The notes beneath the pieces are model-generated. The model was given only the letters and a program-made list of their open reading frames with translations. It was not told the DNA's origin and searched no databases. Position numbers and translations under genes: made by a program. A stretch of 64,000 nt of DNA. Source: a virus. The DNA lies in the IMG/VR virus record IMGVR_UViG_3300021600_000005, positions 26,169 to 90,168 of that record; one strand, given 5' to 3'. Shown here piece by piece: positions 1 through 9,089 of the stretch (the first letter of the stretch is position 1; the number at the start of each line of letters is the position of its first letter).

Positions 1-241
1 ACCAGTAATGATAATCCTATGGTGGTTCAAAGTAGGTAGAAAAATAATTAAAACTTTTTCAGGGATGAAAAATGTTTTAAATCAAAAACCTAATATTGAG
101 ACCCCCCCAATTCATAATATAACAACGGAGCAAAAAATTGAACCTCCGTTAAAAAATCAACAACCACCTATGCCGGATATTGCTCAACTTATGGGGATGG
201 TGGACCAGTTTGGAAAAATGTTTGGAAACAATAGGAAATAA
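1..241 (+). CDS. Hypothetical protein, probably 5'-truncated by the window edge
   Basis: Frame is open back to the window start; Pro/Gln-rich C-terminus. Confidence 0.6.
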   Translation, partial: PVMIILWWFKVGRKIIKTFSGMKNVLNQKPNIETPPIHNITTEQKIEPPLKNQQPPMPDIAQLMGMVDQFGKMFGNNRK

Positions 242-242
242 T

Positions 243-470
243 ATGGAAATAATGATTTTAAAAAAAGAATATGAATGGGTTTTAAAAATATTAAACTCTT
301 CTATTAATTTATATCAAATAAAAACATCTGAAAATTTATTTAATGCGTTTATTAATAAATGGGATGATGAAATATCTGATGAAAAAAAAATAACTTTATT
401 TTATGAATTTAAAAAAAATAAGTTATCAAAATGTGATGAAATTGGTTTTTCAACCTTTAAAATTTATTAA
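243..470 (+). CDS. Hypothetical protein (MEIMILKKEY...)
   Basis: ATG at 243 directly follows the upstream stop; the longer 180 start overlaps the previous gene. Confidence 0.6.
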   Translation: MEIMILKKEYEWVLKILNSSINLYQIKTSENLFNAFINKWDDEISDEKKITLFYEFKKNKLSKCDEIGFSTFKIY

Positions 471-542
471 GGATAATTATTCATATGTAGGTATATAGTT
501 GAGGTAGTTATATAACCCTTCAAATTTAATGTTTCCTCCACC
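445..542 (-). repeat. Repeat-spacer-degenerate repeat unit at the 3' end of P1
   Basis: 36-nt GGTGGAGGAAACATTAAATTTGAAGGGTTATATAAC (507-542, minus), about 26 nt unique, then a copy whose 3' 22 nt (TAAATTTTAAAGGTTGAAAAAC) stay in register. Confidence 0.6.
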
Positions 543-775
543 CAGTCTTTTGTAATCGACTGAAGTTCTTTATATTCAAGTGAAAACATGGATTCTAAAA
601 ATGACCAAATTGTATCATAATCAAAATAAAATTGTTTATTTATCCTATCTATCTGAGCAAGTCTTTTTTTATTTTTAACATAATAAGAACCAATAATTTC
701 AACATCAGAAAACATATCGTTTAACCAATCCTTAACCAATCTTGCCCTTTGCGTTTTTGTTATGTTAATTTTCAT
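467..775 (-). CDS. Repeat-spacer-associated small protein, paralog P1 (MKINITKTQ family)
   Basis: One of five near-identical ~100-aa paralogs; TATTTATA motif just upstream. Confidence 0.9.
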   Translation of the reverse strand: MKINITKTQRARLVKDWLNDMFSDVEIIGSYYVKNKKRLAQIDRINKQFYFDYDTIWSFLESMFSLEYKELQSITKDWVEETLNLKGYITTSTIYLHMNNYP

Positions 776-777
776 TT

Positions 778-888
778 AATATAAATACTTTAAAATTTAA
801 CGACTCTTTCACCGATTATGTCCTCCATATAGTAGTATTGGGATTATAAGTAGTTTTATGGCCCTTCAAATTTAATGTTTCTTCCACC
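778..888 (-). repeat. Repeat-spacer-repeat unit at the 3' end of P2
   Basis: GGTGGAAGAAACATTAAATTTGAAGGGCCATAAAAC (853-888), 39-nt unique segment, GGTGAAAGAGTCGTTAAATTTTAAAGTATTTATATT (778-813). Confidence 0.75.
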
Positions 889-1121
889 CAGTCTTCTGTA
901 ATAGCTTGCAGTTCCCTATATTCAAGTGAAAACACGGATTCTAAAAATAACCAAATTGTATTATAATCAAACCAAAACTCCTTATTTTTTTTATCATGGA
1001 AACCAATGTTTTTTTTATTTTTAACATAATAAGACCCAAGTATTTCAGCATCAGAAAACATATCGTTTAACCAATCCTTAACCAATCTTGCCCTTTGTGT
1101 TTTTGTTATGTTAATTTTCAT
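816..1121 (-). CDS. Repeat-spacer-associated small protein, paralog P2
   Basis: Paralog of P1 and P3-P5. Confidence 0.9.
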   Translation of the reverse strand: MKINITKTQRARLVKDWLNDMFSDAEILGSYYVKNKKNIGFHDKKNKEFWFDYNTIWLFLESVFSLEYRELQAITEDWVEETLNLKGHKTTYNPNTTIWRT

Positions 1122-1128
1122 TTTCTTA

Positions 1129-1950
1129 TTAAGAAAGTGATGAATATATTTTTTTAAATTCTTTCAATCTATGGTCTAAACCTATTGTTCCACCATTTAC
1201 TCGTTTTGTTACAGCGATTACTGTAGAATCGTCAGAGCCTTTATCACAAATAGACCAAAGTTTATTAGAGTCAAAGAAAAACGCAGCTGACGCTAACGGA
1301 TATTTAGTTGCAACTAATTCTGGATTTTTCATAATATCGTCATCAACAGTTTTATCAAATTTTGAATAATTATCTTTACCGGTTAATTGAATATATCCTC
1401 TGCCGCAAAATAAATAACCTTCTTTAGTTAATTCATTACCATTACCCATTCTATTTCCATAAACAAGGGAGGCGATTTTTTCTGGATTACGAGCGTATGA
1501 TTCACTTAAATTACCCGGAAAATATTTAGGGAATATTTTTTTAAGTCCATCAGAGCTGTAATTTAAATTTTCTTTAACCGCTTTAAATCCTCCAGATTCA
1601 TGACTACATTGAGCCAAAAAATGAGACAATCTTAAATTGTTTGTAATATTAAATTTAATAGCCGTTTCAGGTATTTGAGAAATTACCAAATCTGGAATTA
1701 GGCCTTTTAATTTATCTAGTTTTAACCCTTCTACTTTTGGAGTAGATACAGTTTCATTTATGGGTGATAAATTAATTCCCATTTTTTCCAAAGTTGATTG
1801 ACCGGCAATCCCGTCTGAAATTAAACCGTTTTTAGTTTGCCATTCTTTTAATGTTTTTTCTGTGTTAGGGCCAAAGACACCATCAAGTGTTAACCCTAAT
1901 TTTGATTGAAGTTGTTTAACAATTTCACCATTTGAACCTAATTTTACCAT
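1129..1950 (-). CDS. Endolysin: N-terminal peptidoglycan-binding domain plus glycoside hydrolase family 19
   Basis: DGVFGPNT/DGIAG PG-binding motifs; GH19 motifs HFLAQCSHESGGF, GRGYIQLTGKDNY, TKRVNGG. Confidence 0.9.
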   Translation of the reverse strand: MVKLGSNGEIVKQLQSKLGLTLDGVFGPNTEKTLKEWQTKNGLISDGIAGQSTLEKMGINLSPINETVSTPKVEGLKLDKLKGLIPDLVISQIPETAIKFNITNNLRLSHFLAQCSHESGGFKAVKENLNYSSDGLKKIFPKYFPGNLSESYARNPEKIASLVYGNRMGNGNELTKEGYLFCGRGYIQLTGKDNYSKFDKTVDDDIMKNPELVATKYPLASAAFFFDSNKLWSICDKGSDDSTVIAVTKRVNGGTIGLDHRLKEFKKIYSSLS

Positions 1951-2095
1951 AAATAATTTTTATTAATAAATATCCAAATAATTTTTTTATGGTATTTAAT
2001 AAATTTTATAAAATTTTATGATTGTTTAATGTAATTTAAAATATTTATATGTAAATACTATAATTAAAAATTAATAAGAACTAAACACTAAAAAT

Positions 2096-2350
2096 ATGGA
2101 CGCACAAACTATAGTTATTATTACCGCTTTAATAGGAATTCTTAAAGGAAAGGATGTGTGGGAGTATTTTAAATTTAGAATTGAAAATAAAAGTAAAGGT
2201 AACGATAAAATTATTGACATTTATGAAAAAAGAATTTTATCTCTTGAATCAGAAATAAAAGAATTAAGGGATAAACAAGATGAATTACTTAAAAGAATGG
2301 AAAGTAAAATATTAAAAAGCCGAGGAACTAAAAAAGAGGTTTTAGGGTAA
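2096..2350 (+). CDS. Small protein with N-terminal hydrophobic helix and coiled coil (possible lysis accessory)
   Basis: TIVIITALIGIL followed by a heptad-rich region; divergent from the endolysin. Confidence 0.55.
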   Translation: MDAQTIVIITALIGILKGKDVWEYFKFRIENKSKGNDKIIDIYEKRILSLESEIKELRDKQDELLKRMESKILKSRGTKKEVLG

Positions 2351-2382
2351 TTTATTTGTCTTTGTCAAATGAATCATTGTCT

Positions 2383-2931
2383 TTATAATCCGGAATCAGC
2401 AATAGGGATGCCATTGCTAACGACATCGAAAACCGAAACAACCTGCACCCGACCAAAGTAAGTTTTAGGCTGCCACACCAATACATCAGACAAAAGAAAC
2501 TTCTCTTGTGCCTTTTTGTATGTTCCAGATGGATTTGCAGGGATAAACCAATGCTGAAAAATAATCCTTTTACTTGCTACTCTTGAAAGTTCAGTTAGTA
2601 AATCGTGATTCCATTGAAACTTTCCGTTGTATGGTGGGTCGCAAATAACCGTTTCAAATTCGTTATCCTTTACAAAGTCTTTCATATTTGAAGCATCGCA
2701 AATTATATCAGGTTTATTTTCAGCATCAGCATCTAATCGAACATCTCCAAGCATTGATTTACCACTACAAACGTGCAATGTTCTACCGATGAACAATCCT
2801 TGCAAAACATCTTCAATGCTATCGTTCCAAAGTTTCTTTTTAACTCTGTAAATGTGGCTCGTTCCTGCCAACGGCACACTTCCTTTTGTCTTGTCAATAG
2901 CAGGTTGATTTTTGTAAGTTACATTTCCCAT
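2383..2931 (-). CDS. Putative DNA amino-methyltransferase
   Basis: SAM-binding-like LHVCSGKS and catalytic DPPY; visibly more GC-rich than its flanks. Confidence 0.75.
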   Translation of the reverse strand: MGNVTYKNQPAIDKTKGSVPLAGTSHIYRVKKKLWNDSIEDVLQGLFIGRTLHVCSGKSMLGDVRLDADAENKPDIICDASNMKDFVKDNEFETVICDPPYNGKFQWNHDLLTELSRVASKRIIFQHWFIPANPSGTYKKAQEKFLLSDVLVWQPKTYFGRVQVVSVFDVVSNGIPIADSGL

Positions 2932-2973
2932 ATTTATTATTTATTTAAGTTTTCGTTTCAAAATCCGCAACGG

Positions 2974-3071
2974 CATATAACAGCGGTTTTGTGCTATTTG
3001 CCCCATCAACATTTGTGGTAACTTGAAACTTTGTGCAAGGGGCAAACAGACACAAAGTCAGTACGGTCATA
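2974..3071 (+). mobile_element. attC-like imperfect palindrome next to the methyltransferase
   Basis: ATATAAC-agcggt-TTTGTGCTaTTTGCCCC...GGGGCAAAcAGaCACAAA: long stem with extrahelical bases and an R''-like TAAC. Confidence 0.5.
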
Positions 3072-3099
3072 ATTATAGTTAATATTATTGTCACAACTT

Positions 3100-3351
3100 T
3101 TATTTTTTTATTATTGGATTAATTATTATCACTTCTGATTCGGTTTCAATTATTACTCTTGCCCCACAAGATAGTATTGGTTTAGCATCACACCCCTCAC
3201 CACCATATATTATTTTACTCGGACCTAAAATTTCAACTTCATTACAATAAGTATTTTTTTTACCTTGTTTAACTGTAATCACAGGTAAATCAGTTCCTTT
3301 AGTTTTGTTAGAACGAATATTATGTTGGTTAACATGTATTCTTGTTTTCAT
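3100..3351 (-). CDS. Hypothetical phage protein (IHVNQH...LSCGARV)
   Basis: Clean ORF in the operon; motif pattern recalled from small phage proteins. Confidence 0.7.
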   Translation of the reverse strand: MKTRIHVNQHNIRSNKTKGTDLPVITVKQGKKNTYCNEVEILGPSKIIYGGEGCDAKPILSCGARVIIETESEVIIINPIIKK

Positions 3352-3354
3352 AAC

Positions 3355-4572
3355 TTAATTACTTAAAGGGGCTTTAATTGTTGGGTGTGATTGATAGTTT
3401 ATAAGTTTGAAGTTATCATAAACATATTCATCAAACTTTAAATCAGGATTAGTGACCATAACTAAGGTTGGTAACTTAAATGATTCTCTACTGATTTGTT
3501 CTTTAGCTTGCTCAATATGATTGAGATACAAGTGAGTATCACCTAAGTTTCCAATTAGCTCATCAGGAACCATATTAACTTCTTTAGCAATAATTTCTAA
3601 TAACAATCCATAACTTGCAATGTTAAATGGTAAACCTAAGAATGTATCTACTGAACGTTGATTCCACATTAAAGAGATTGCTCTGGTTGGAATGTTATAA
3701 TCATCAAATAAACTATTCCACCCATTTTCATCCGTTGGGAAAACATCCTTAATCCAAGATGATTTGTCGTAAATGTTTTTACGTTCTTGTGAACTCAACT
3801 CTTTTGTATAAACTTGAAATCCATAATGACAAGGTGGAAGAGTCATTTGGTCTAATTCTCCAACATTCCAGCTTGAAACCATTAATCGTCTTGAGTCTGG
3901 ATTTGTTTTAAGGTCGTTGATTAGATTTGCGATTTGGTCTATTGAATTATTTTGGTGCGTTACTTTAACATCATATTTACTATAATCTCCACCATCACGA
4001 ATTAAGTCCATAACTTTAACTTTGTCAGAACTTTTTACATTTTCTAAATCATAATTTATTACGTTTTTTTTACCCCAACTTCTCCATTGCTTACCATAAA
4101 TTGGACCTAACTCACCCCACTTATTTTCCCATTCTTTATCTGTTTTAATTTTATTGACAAAATCTTCTTTACTATATGGAATCTTAACTTCAGGACTATT
4201 AACATATCTCTTATAAGCATCGCCGTCCCAAATATGACAATCATTATCAACTAAATACTTAATATTAGTATCTCCTTTTAAAAACCATAACAATTCAGTT
4301 ACAATAGTTTTAAATGCCATCTTCTTAGTTGTAAGCAATGGAAATCCTTCACTCATCTTATGACGTATCTGTCTTCCAAAGATACTGATTGTTCCAGTCC
4401 CTGTTCTGTCCGACTTGGTTACTCCATTATCTAAGATGTCTTGGAGTAGGTCTGTGTATTGTTTATCTAATTTATTCATAACTTTTTCTTTTTGTGCGTA
4501 AGATAATACAGATGGCATACCACTATAATGACACCACAACTCACCTAAATTATCTTCATTATCTTCTTTCAT
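3355..4572 (-). CDS. thyA: Thymidylate synthase with N-terminal extension and insertions
   Basis: DRTGTGT, FPLLTTKK, ELLWFL, LPPCH, QRSVD.FLGLPFNIASY, DTHLY; start at 4572 gives an ATGA overlap (alternative start 4479). Confidence 0.95.
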   Translation of the reverse strand: MKEDNEDNLGELWCHYSGMPSVLSYAQKEKVMNKLDKQYTDLLQDILDNGVTKSDRTGTGTISIFGRQIRHKMSEGFPLLTTKKMAFKTIVTELLWFLKGDTNIKYLVDNDCHIWDGDAYKRYVNSPEVKIPYSKEDFVNKIKTDKEWENKWGELGPIYGKQWRSWGKKNVINYDLENVKSSDKVKVMDLIRDGGDYSKYDVKVTHQNNSIDQIANLINDLKTNPDSRRLMVSSWNVGELDQMTLPPCHYGFQVYTKELSSQERKNIYDKSSWIKDVFPTDENGWNSLFDDYNIPTRAISLMWNQRSVDTFLGLPFNIASYGLLLEIIAKEVNMVPDELIGNLGDTHLYLNHIEQAKEQISRESFKLPTLVMVTNPDLKFDEYVYDNFKLINYQSHPTIKAPLSN

Positions 4573-4916
4573 TTTACAAACAATTGAATTCCTAGTATGG
4601 TAAGGGCTAATATTAAACAAATAATTGTTTTTGTATTAAAAGGTTCATTAAAAAGATACCAACTAAAGTAAGTAAATACTATTGCTCCTAATGAAAATCC
4701 TATTAATCTTGATGGCCACATTTGACCTTCATATGCAATTACCATATTCTTTACTGAATACATAAAAAACATTGATGCCGGTATACCCATTAAAACAACC
4801 AACCAGTAATTGTTTTTAAACCAATCATACTTCATTTGTCCCTGTAATTGAAAGAAAGTTACGATTTGAGCAAGAATGCCAAACACAATACCGATTATAA
4901 GTTTTCCTACGTTCAT
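4569..4916 (-). CDS. Four-TM membrane protein (SMR/DMT-like)
   Basis: Four hydrophobic segments and an LFNEP motif. Confidence 0.65.
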   Translation of the reverse strand: MNVGKLIIGIVFGILAQIVTFFQLQGQMKYDWFKNNYWLVVLMGIPASMFFMYSVKNMVIAYEGQMWPSRLIGFSLGAIVFTYFSWYLFNEPFNTKTIICLILALTILGIQLFVK

Positions 4917-4940
4917 TTTATTTTAATAACTTTCTATTAT

Positions 4941-5576
4941 TTAATCCCACCACCACGACATACGTTCATTTAAAATTTTAAACAAAAGACTATGAGCTTT
5001 TTGTTGGTTATAATGACCGATATTCATAGCGATTCTTTGTTTTATTTCAACTGTGTTTTCTTCTTCTCCTATTTTAATATTAAAAATTTGAAGTTTTTTG
5101 TTGGATAAAACTTTTTTATATGAAAGTGGGTACTTTTTAAAATACGAATCAAAGTCTTCGTGTATTATCTTTATGTCTAATGTTTTATTTTCAGTATCTC
5201 CAGGAATATCTAAAAAATTATATTCGGTTTTTTCATAGTCTGAGTATTCAATTGAATAGAAATCTTCTTGTACTCGTTGAATAAGATTCAAACATAAAGT
5301 CATATCTCGATTGTCTCGTTCAACTTCACTATGTCTATTAGACGTAACAATATATTTACGTTGTAGTTCAATCTTACGTTTTAACACTTCAAAAATATAA
5401 TTACTATCCCAATGTCTATCATTAAAAATAACTGAAAACCAATCAATAAGATTTTTTACACCTCTTAAAAATTCTAAAAACCATACCGGTAAATAATTTT
5501 TCCAGGAGTTTCTATCCCAAGCGCTATCTTTCGGCATTGGAAGTTTTTTGATTATTTTGTTATTATAAATGTCCAT
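4941..5576 (-). CDS. Hypothetical phage protein (C-terminal WWD)
   Basis: Clean 211-aa ORF in the operon. Confidence 0.7.
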   Translation of the reverse strand: MDIYNNKIIKKLPMPKDSAWDRNSWKNYLPVWFLEFLRGVKNLIDWFSVIFNDRHWDSNYIFEVLKRKIELQRKYIVTSNRHSEVERDNRDMTLCLNLIQRVQEDFYSIEYSDYEKTEYNFLDIPGDTENKTLDIKIIHEDFDSYFKKYPLSYKKVLSNKKLQIFNIKIGEEENTVEIKQRIAMNIGHYNQQKAHSLLFKILNERMSWWWD

Positions 5577-5632
5577 TTTTTACGTTAAATATTTTATAAA
5601 GATATGTAAAAAATATTAATAATCAAATAAAA

Positions 5633-6994
5633 TCATTTTTTTAAAAACACATTCAAATCTTCAGGAGTCCCCAGTCCCCACATTTTTTCAATATCAAAAG
5701 TTCTAATTTTTTTACAATCTTTAATTGCTTGGTTAAAAACGGGACAAATATAAAATTCATCATTCACTCTGATATTTTTCTTAATCATTTCTTCTGAGTA
5801 TTTTACATAGTCAGAACCTTTTTTCCAAAAATAAATTCCAGCGGTTGCAATATTTGATATTGGGTTTTTTTCTGCAACCTCTGTTACATAACCATTGTCA
5901 TCAATTTTAGCAAATGACCATTTTGGATGAGTGGAACGGAATGTAACAATACCTCCATCAGAATTTGTTTCCATCATTTTGTACATAAATTCATTTGAAT
6001 CCCATTCAATAAATTGGTCAGAATTCGCAATTAAAAGCGGATTTTCATTATTAATATAATCTTTGGTTAATAAAGTTGTGCAAGCGGCTCCTTCAGTTAA
6101 TTTATCTACCTCAACAATTTTACAATTAGGTGAAATTAATTTTAATAACGCGTCTAAGTTATATTTTTCCCTATGTGATTTTTGAACAATATAAATAAAA
6201 TTGGCATTAATATTAAGATTTTCGGTTACTACTTTAATCATTGGTTCTCCGTTAATTTCAATTAATGGTTTTGGAAAAGAATATCCGGCTTTTTCAAATC
6301 TTGAACCGGCTCCCGCCATCGGAATTAAAACGTTTAATTTATTGTCAGACCATTTTGGGATTATCATAATTTTGTTTTTGTTTAATTTATTTTTTATTTT
6401 TTCAATTGTTAAATCTGAAGGATTGTTAACCCTTAAAACATTTGCGTTACTTCTACCGGCAGCTAAAAGCCCTGGAGGGGAATCCTCAACAATTAAAGTT
6501 TCTTCAGGTAAAACTCCCATTGTACTCATGGTTTTCCAATACATTTCAGGATGAGGTTTACTATTTTTAACGTCTTCATTTGAAATAATTAAATCCATGT
6601 ATTCAATAATACCAATTTTTGATAACATAACCAACACAGACCTTCTAATTGAATTTGAAGCGCATGATAATCGATATCCCATTTTTCTTAATTCTTTGAA
6701 CAATTCAATCATTTTAATGTTTGGTTGTAATTCGGAAATTAAGTTAATTGTTAAATTTTGTTTTTGATTCCAAATATCATCATATGTATTTGGATTTAGA
6801 CCTTTATTAACTGTTAGTAATTCTAATTTTTGATAGGTTTTTAAACCGTCATATATTGATAAATGTTCTGTTTCGGATATAACATATTTTTCAGTATTGC
6901 AAACTTCTCTCAAAGATTGGTTTAATGTTTGAAAATGTATTTGTTTAGCGTCAACTAAAACCCCATCTAAATCAAATATTATTAATTTAATCAT
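5633..6994 (-). CDS. HAD-family phosphatase fused to a sugar nucleotidyltransferase
   Basis: FDLDGVL, KPHPE, VEDS (HAD); IPMAGAGSRF...PKPLI, EKNPISN, LGTPEDL (NTP-transferase). Confidence 0.88.
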   Translation of the reverse strand: MIKLIIFDLDGVLVDAKQIHFQTLNQSLREVCNTEKYVISETEHLSIYDGLKTYQKLELLTVNKGLNPNTYDDIWNQKQNLTINLISELQPNIKMIELFKELRKMGYRLSCASNSIRRSVLVMLSKIGIIEYMDLIISNEDVKNSKPHPEMYWKTMSTMGVLPEETLIVEDSPPGLLAAGRSNANVLRVNNPSDLTIEKIKNKLNKNKIMIIPKWSDNKLNVLIPMAGAGSRFEKAGYSFPKPLIEINGEPMIKVVTENLNINANFIYIVQKSHREKYNLDALLKLISPNCKIVEVDKLTEGAACTTLLTKDYINNENPLLIANSDQFIEWDSNEFMYKMMETNSDGGIVTFRSTHPKWSFAKIDDNGYVTEVAEKNPISNIATAGIYFWKKGSDYVKYSEEMIKKNIRVNDEFYICPVFNQAIKDCKKIRTFDIEKMWGLGTPEDLNVFLKK

Positions 6995-7421
6995 TTTTAT
7001 ATCTTTTAATAAAATCTGAGCAAATACCTTCGCATTTGTTCACATTTTCATTGTATAATTCTGGTTTGACAGCAATGCTACCAATAATTGGTTGAGTCCC
7101 AGGATAAGCCCATATGTAATTTTTAGAAGTTAATGTTACAGTATCTTCTTCATGCCAAAAATAATGTATATCATATTTTTTCATTTCCACTAACGCGTCC
7201 AAATTTTTGGCGTGGCACCATAATTTTTTATTCATCAAAAACTTATAATCCACATCATATTTTGCTTCATCATGTCCTAACATAAATTTTCCATTAATAT
7301 ACCAAACATCAATTTCAACATCGTAACCTAACTTAATTGCCGATTCAATATATGTAGGGGTATTTTCAAGTTCATGAAATTCACCATCAATATTTCCTCT
7401 GTGAGATATTAGTATTGTCAT
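6987..7421 (-). CDS. Glycerophosphodiester phosphodiesterase-like protein
   Basis: ISHRGN, EN, DVEIDV, LGHD, GICSD. Confidence 0.75.
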   Translation of the reverse strand: MTILISHRGNIDGEFHELENTPTYIESAIKLGYDVEIDVWYINGKFMLGHDEAKYDVDYKFLMNKKLWCHAKNLDALVEMKKYDIHYFWHEEDTVTLTSKNYIWAYPGTQPIIGSIAVKPELYNENVNKCEGICSDFIKRYKND

Positions 7422-8191
7422 ATTTTTGTTGGTATGTTTACATCAATATTTGGGGTTTTCCAAGGACTATCCCTTACATTTAACCTACGTAATAATCCCC
7501 AAGTAGCATATTCTAAACCATACGCATAAAGTTTAGTTTTTAACCCTAATTCTTCAGTTCTATATTTCCAAATAGCGTGGCAAGAGGTTATATTTGTTTC
7601 ATCCATTCCGTGATTTTTAATAAATTTAAAATAATCGTTTTCTAAATTAAAATAACTATCAAGTTTATCGTAAATTAATCCAATATTTTTCATGTTTTCA
7701 TAACCAGAAATAAACCATCCATCATTAAATCCCCACCCTTCGTCTAAAAGATGCCAATGACTAACGTAAAAATTTTCAGGGGATAACAAACTAAAATCAA
7801 TCTTCTCATAAAAAACAGTATCAAATCTTGAAATTAATACCATATCATATGAATCATCAATCAATTCCATTGTTTTTTTAAGTGAATAAAATCTTGAATA
7901 ATTGTTATTTAAATAATTTTTGGTATTCCAAGGACCATCCGGTACAAAATTGTAATCTTTGTACGGATGGTCAAACAATCTTTGTTTTTCAAGAATAAAT
8001 TTTTTTGGGTTAACTGTGCTAATTAATCTTTCGCTTTCTTGTGTAGAATCGTCCCATCCATGAAAAAATATGTCCGTATTTTCTGTAATTACATTTTTTT
8101 TTAAATAATCAAAAGGGATTTTAAATCCTTGTATTTCATCTCGACTATTTTTGCCTGTAAATTTACCGTAGAAACATAAAGCAATTTTCAT
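7418..8191 (-). CDS. Putative glycosyltransferase-like protein
   Basis: MKIALCFYG, FFHGW, YDMVLISRFD, ND motif; lies in the sugar cluster. Confidence 0.55.
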   Translation of the reverse strand: MKIALCFYGKFTGKNSRDEIQGFKIPFDYLKKNVITENTDIFFHGWDDSTQESERLISTVNPKKFILEKQRLFDHPYKDYNFVPDGPWNTKNYLNNNYSRFYSLKKTMELIDDSYDMVLISRFDTVFYEKIDFSLLSPENFYVSHWHLLDEGWGFNDGWFISGYENMKNIGLIYDKLDSYFNLENDYFKFIKNHGMDETNITSCHAIWKYRTEELGLKTKLYAYGLEYATWGLLRRLNVRDSPWKTPNIDVNIPTKI

Positions 8192-8212
8192 ATATAAACA
8201 ATTTAATATAAA

Positions 8213-9076
8213 TTATATTAATTCTTTTATTTCCTCAATAGTGAATTGTTCAACTTCAGATGAAAATGGACCGTCTTCTAATATTTTTTCATGAAAATTT
8301 TCTCCAGGTTGGAGACCAATAACATTTATTTTTTGTTTTGCGTTTTTTTGACCATATTTTTGATACATTGTTTCAAGTAAATTTTCAATACTCATTGATT
8401 TCATACCAGGGACATATGGTTTTGATGTGTTGCAATTATCTAAACAACTAAAAATTAAATCAATTGCTTGGTCAACTGTCCAAAAAAATCTTGTTGCTTT
8501 AGGTTCGGTAACTATTACAGGTTTATCATTTTGTATTAATTCTTTCCATTTACACAATACAGACCCTGTTGAATAAAGAACATTTCCATATCTAACTATT
8601 CTGTAATCACATTTAGGGTTTAATTCTTGATATTGTGAACAAAGTCTTTCCATTAATAATTTACTAGCCCCATAAACACCAACAACTTGAGCCGCCTTAT
8701 CCGTTGAAATACTAATAAAGAATTCTAAGTTTTCGTTTAGAGAACAATCTAATAGATTCATAGTACCTATTGTATTAGATTTAACGCATTCTCTAACTTG
8801 TTTTTCAGCTAAACCAACATGTTTTGATGCCGCCAAATGAAAAACGGCTTTAACATCTTTCATTGCTTGTTTTGAGTCAAATGGGTCAGAAATGTCCCCT
8901 GTTAAGATTTCAACATCAGGAAATTCTGATTTCAAATCAATTAATTTGCCTTCATTTCTGGCAATTGTCCGTACATTAGCTCCTAGTTTAAGTAATTCTT
9001 TTATTAAAGGTTTCCCTAAAAATCCTGAACCACCGGTTACTAAAACTAATTTGTTTTTTAAATCGTATTTTTCCAT
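8213..9076 (-). CDS. NDP-sugar 4,6-dehydratase (CapD/PseB-like SDR)
   Basis: VTGGSGFLG, HLAASKHV, ISTDKA, YGASK, VRYGNV, TRFF, GENFHE. Confidence 0.9.
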   Translation of the reverse strand: MEKYDLKNKLVLVTGGSGFLGKPLIKELLKLGANVRTIARNEGKLIDLKSEFPDVEILTGDISDPFDSKQAMKDVKAVFHLAASKHVGLAEKQVRECVKSNTIGTMNLLDCSLNENLEFFISISTDKAAQVVGVYGASKLLMERLCSQYQELNPKCDYRIVRYGNVLYSTGSVLCKWKELIQNDKPVIVTEPKATRFFWTVDQAIDLIFSCLDNCNTSKPYVPGMKSMSIENLLETMYQKYGQKNAKQKINVIGLQPGENFHEKILEDGPFSSEVEQFTIEEIKELI

Positions 9077-9089
9077 TTAAATTAAATTT

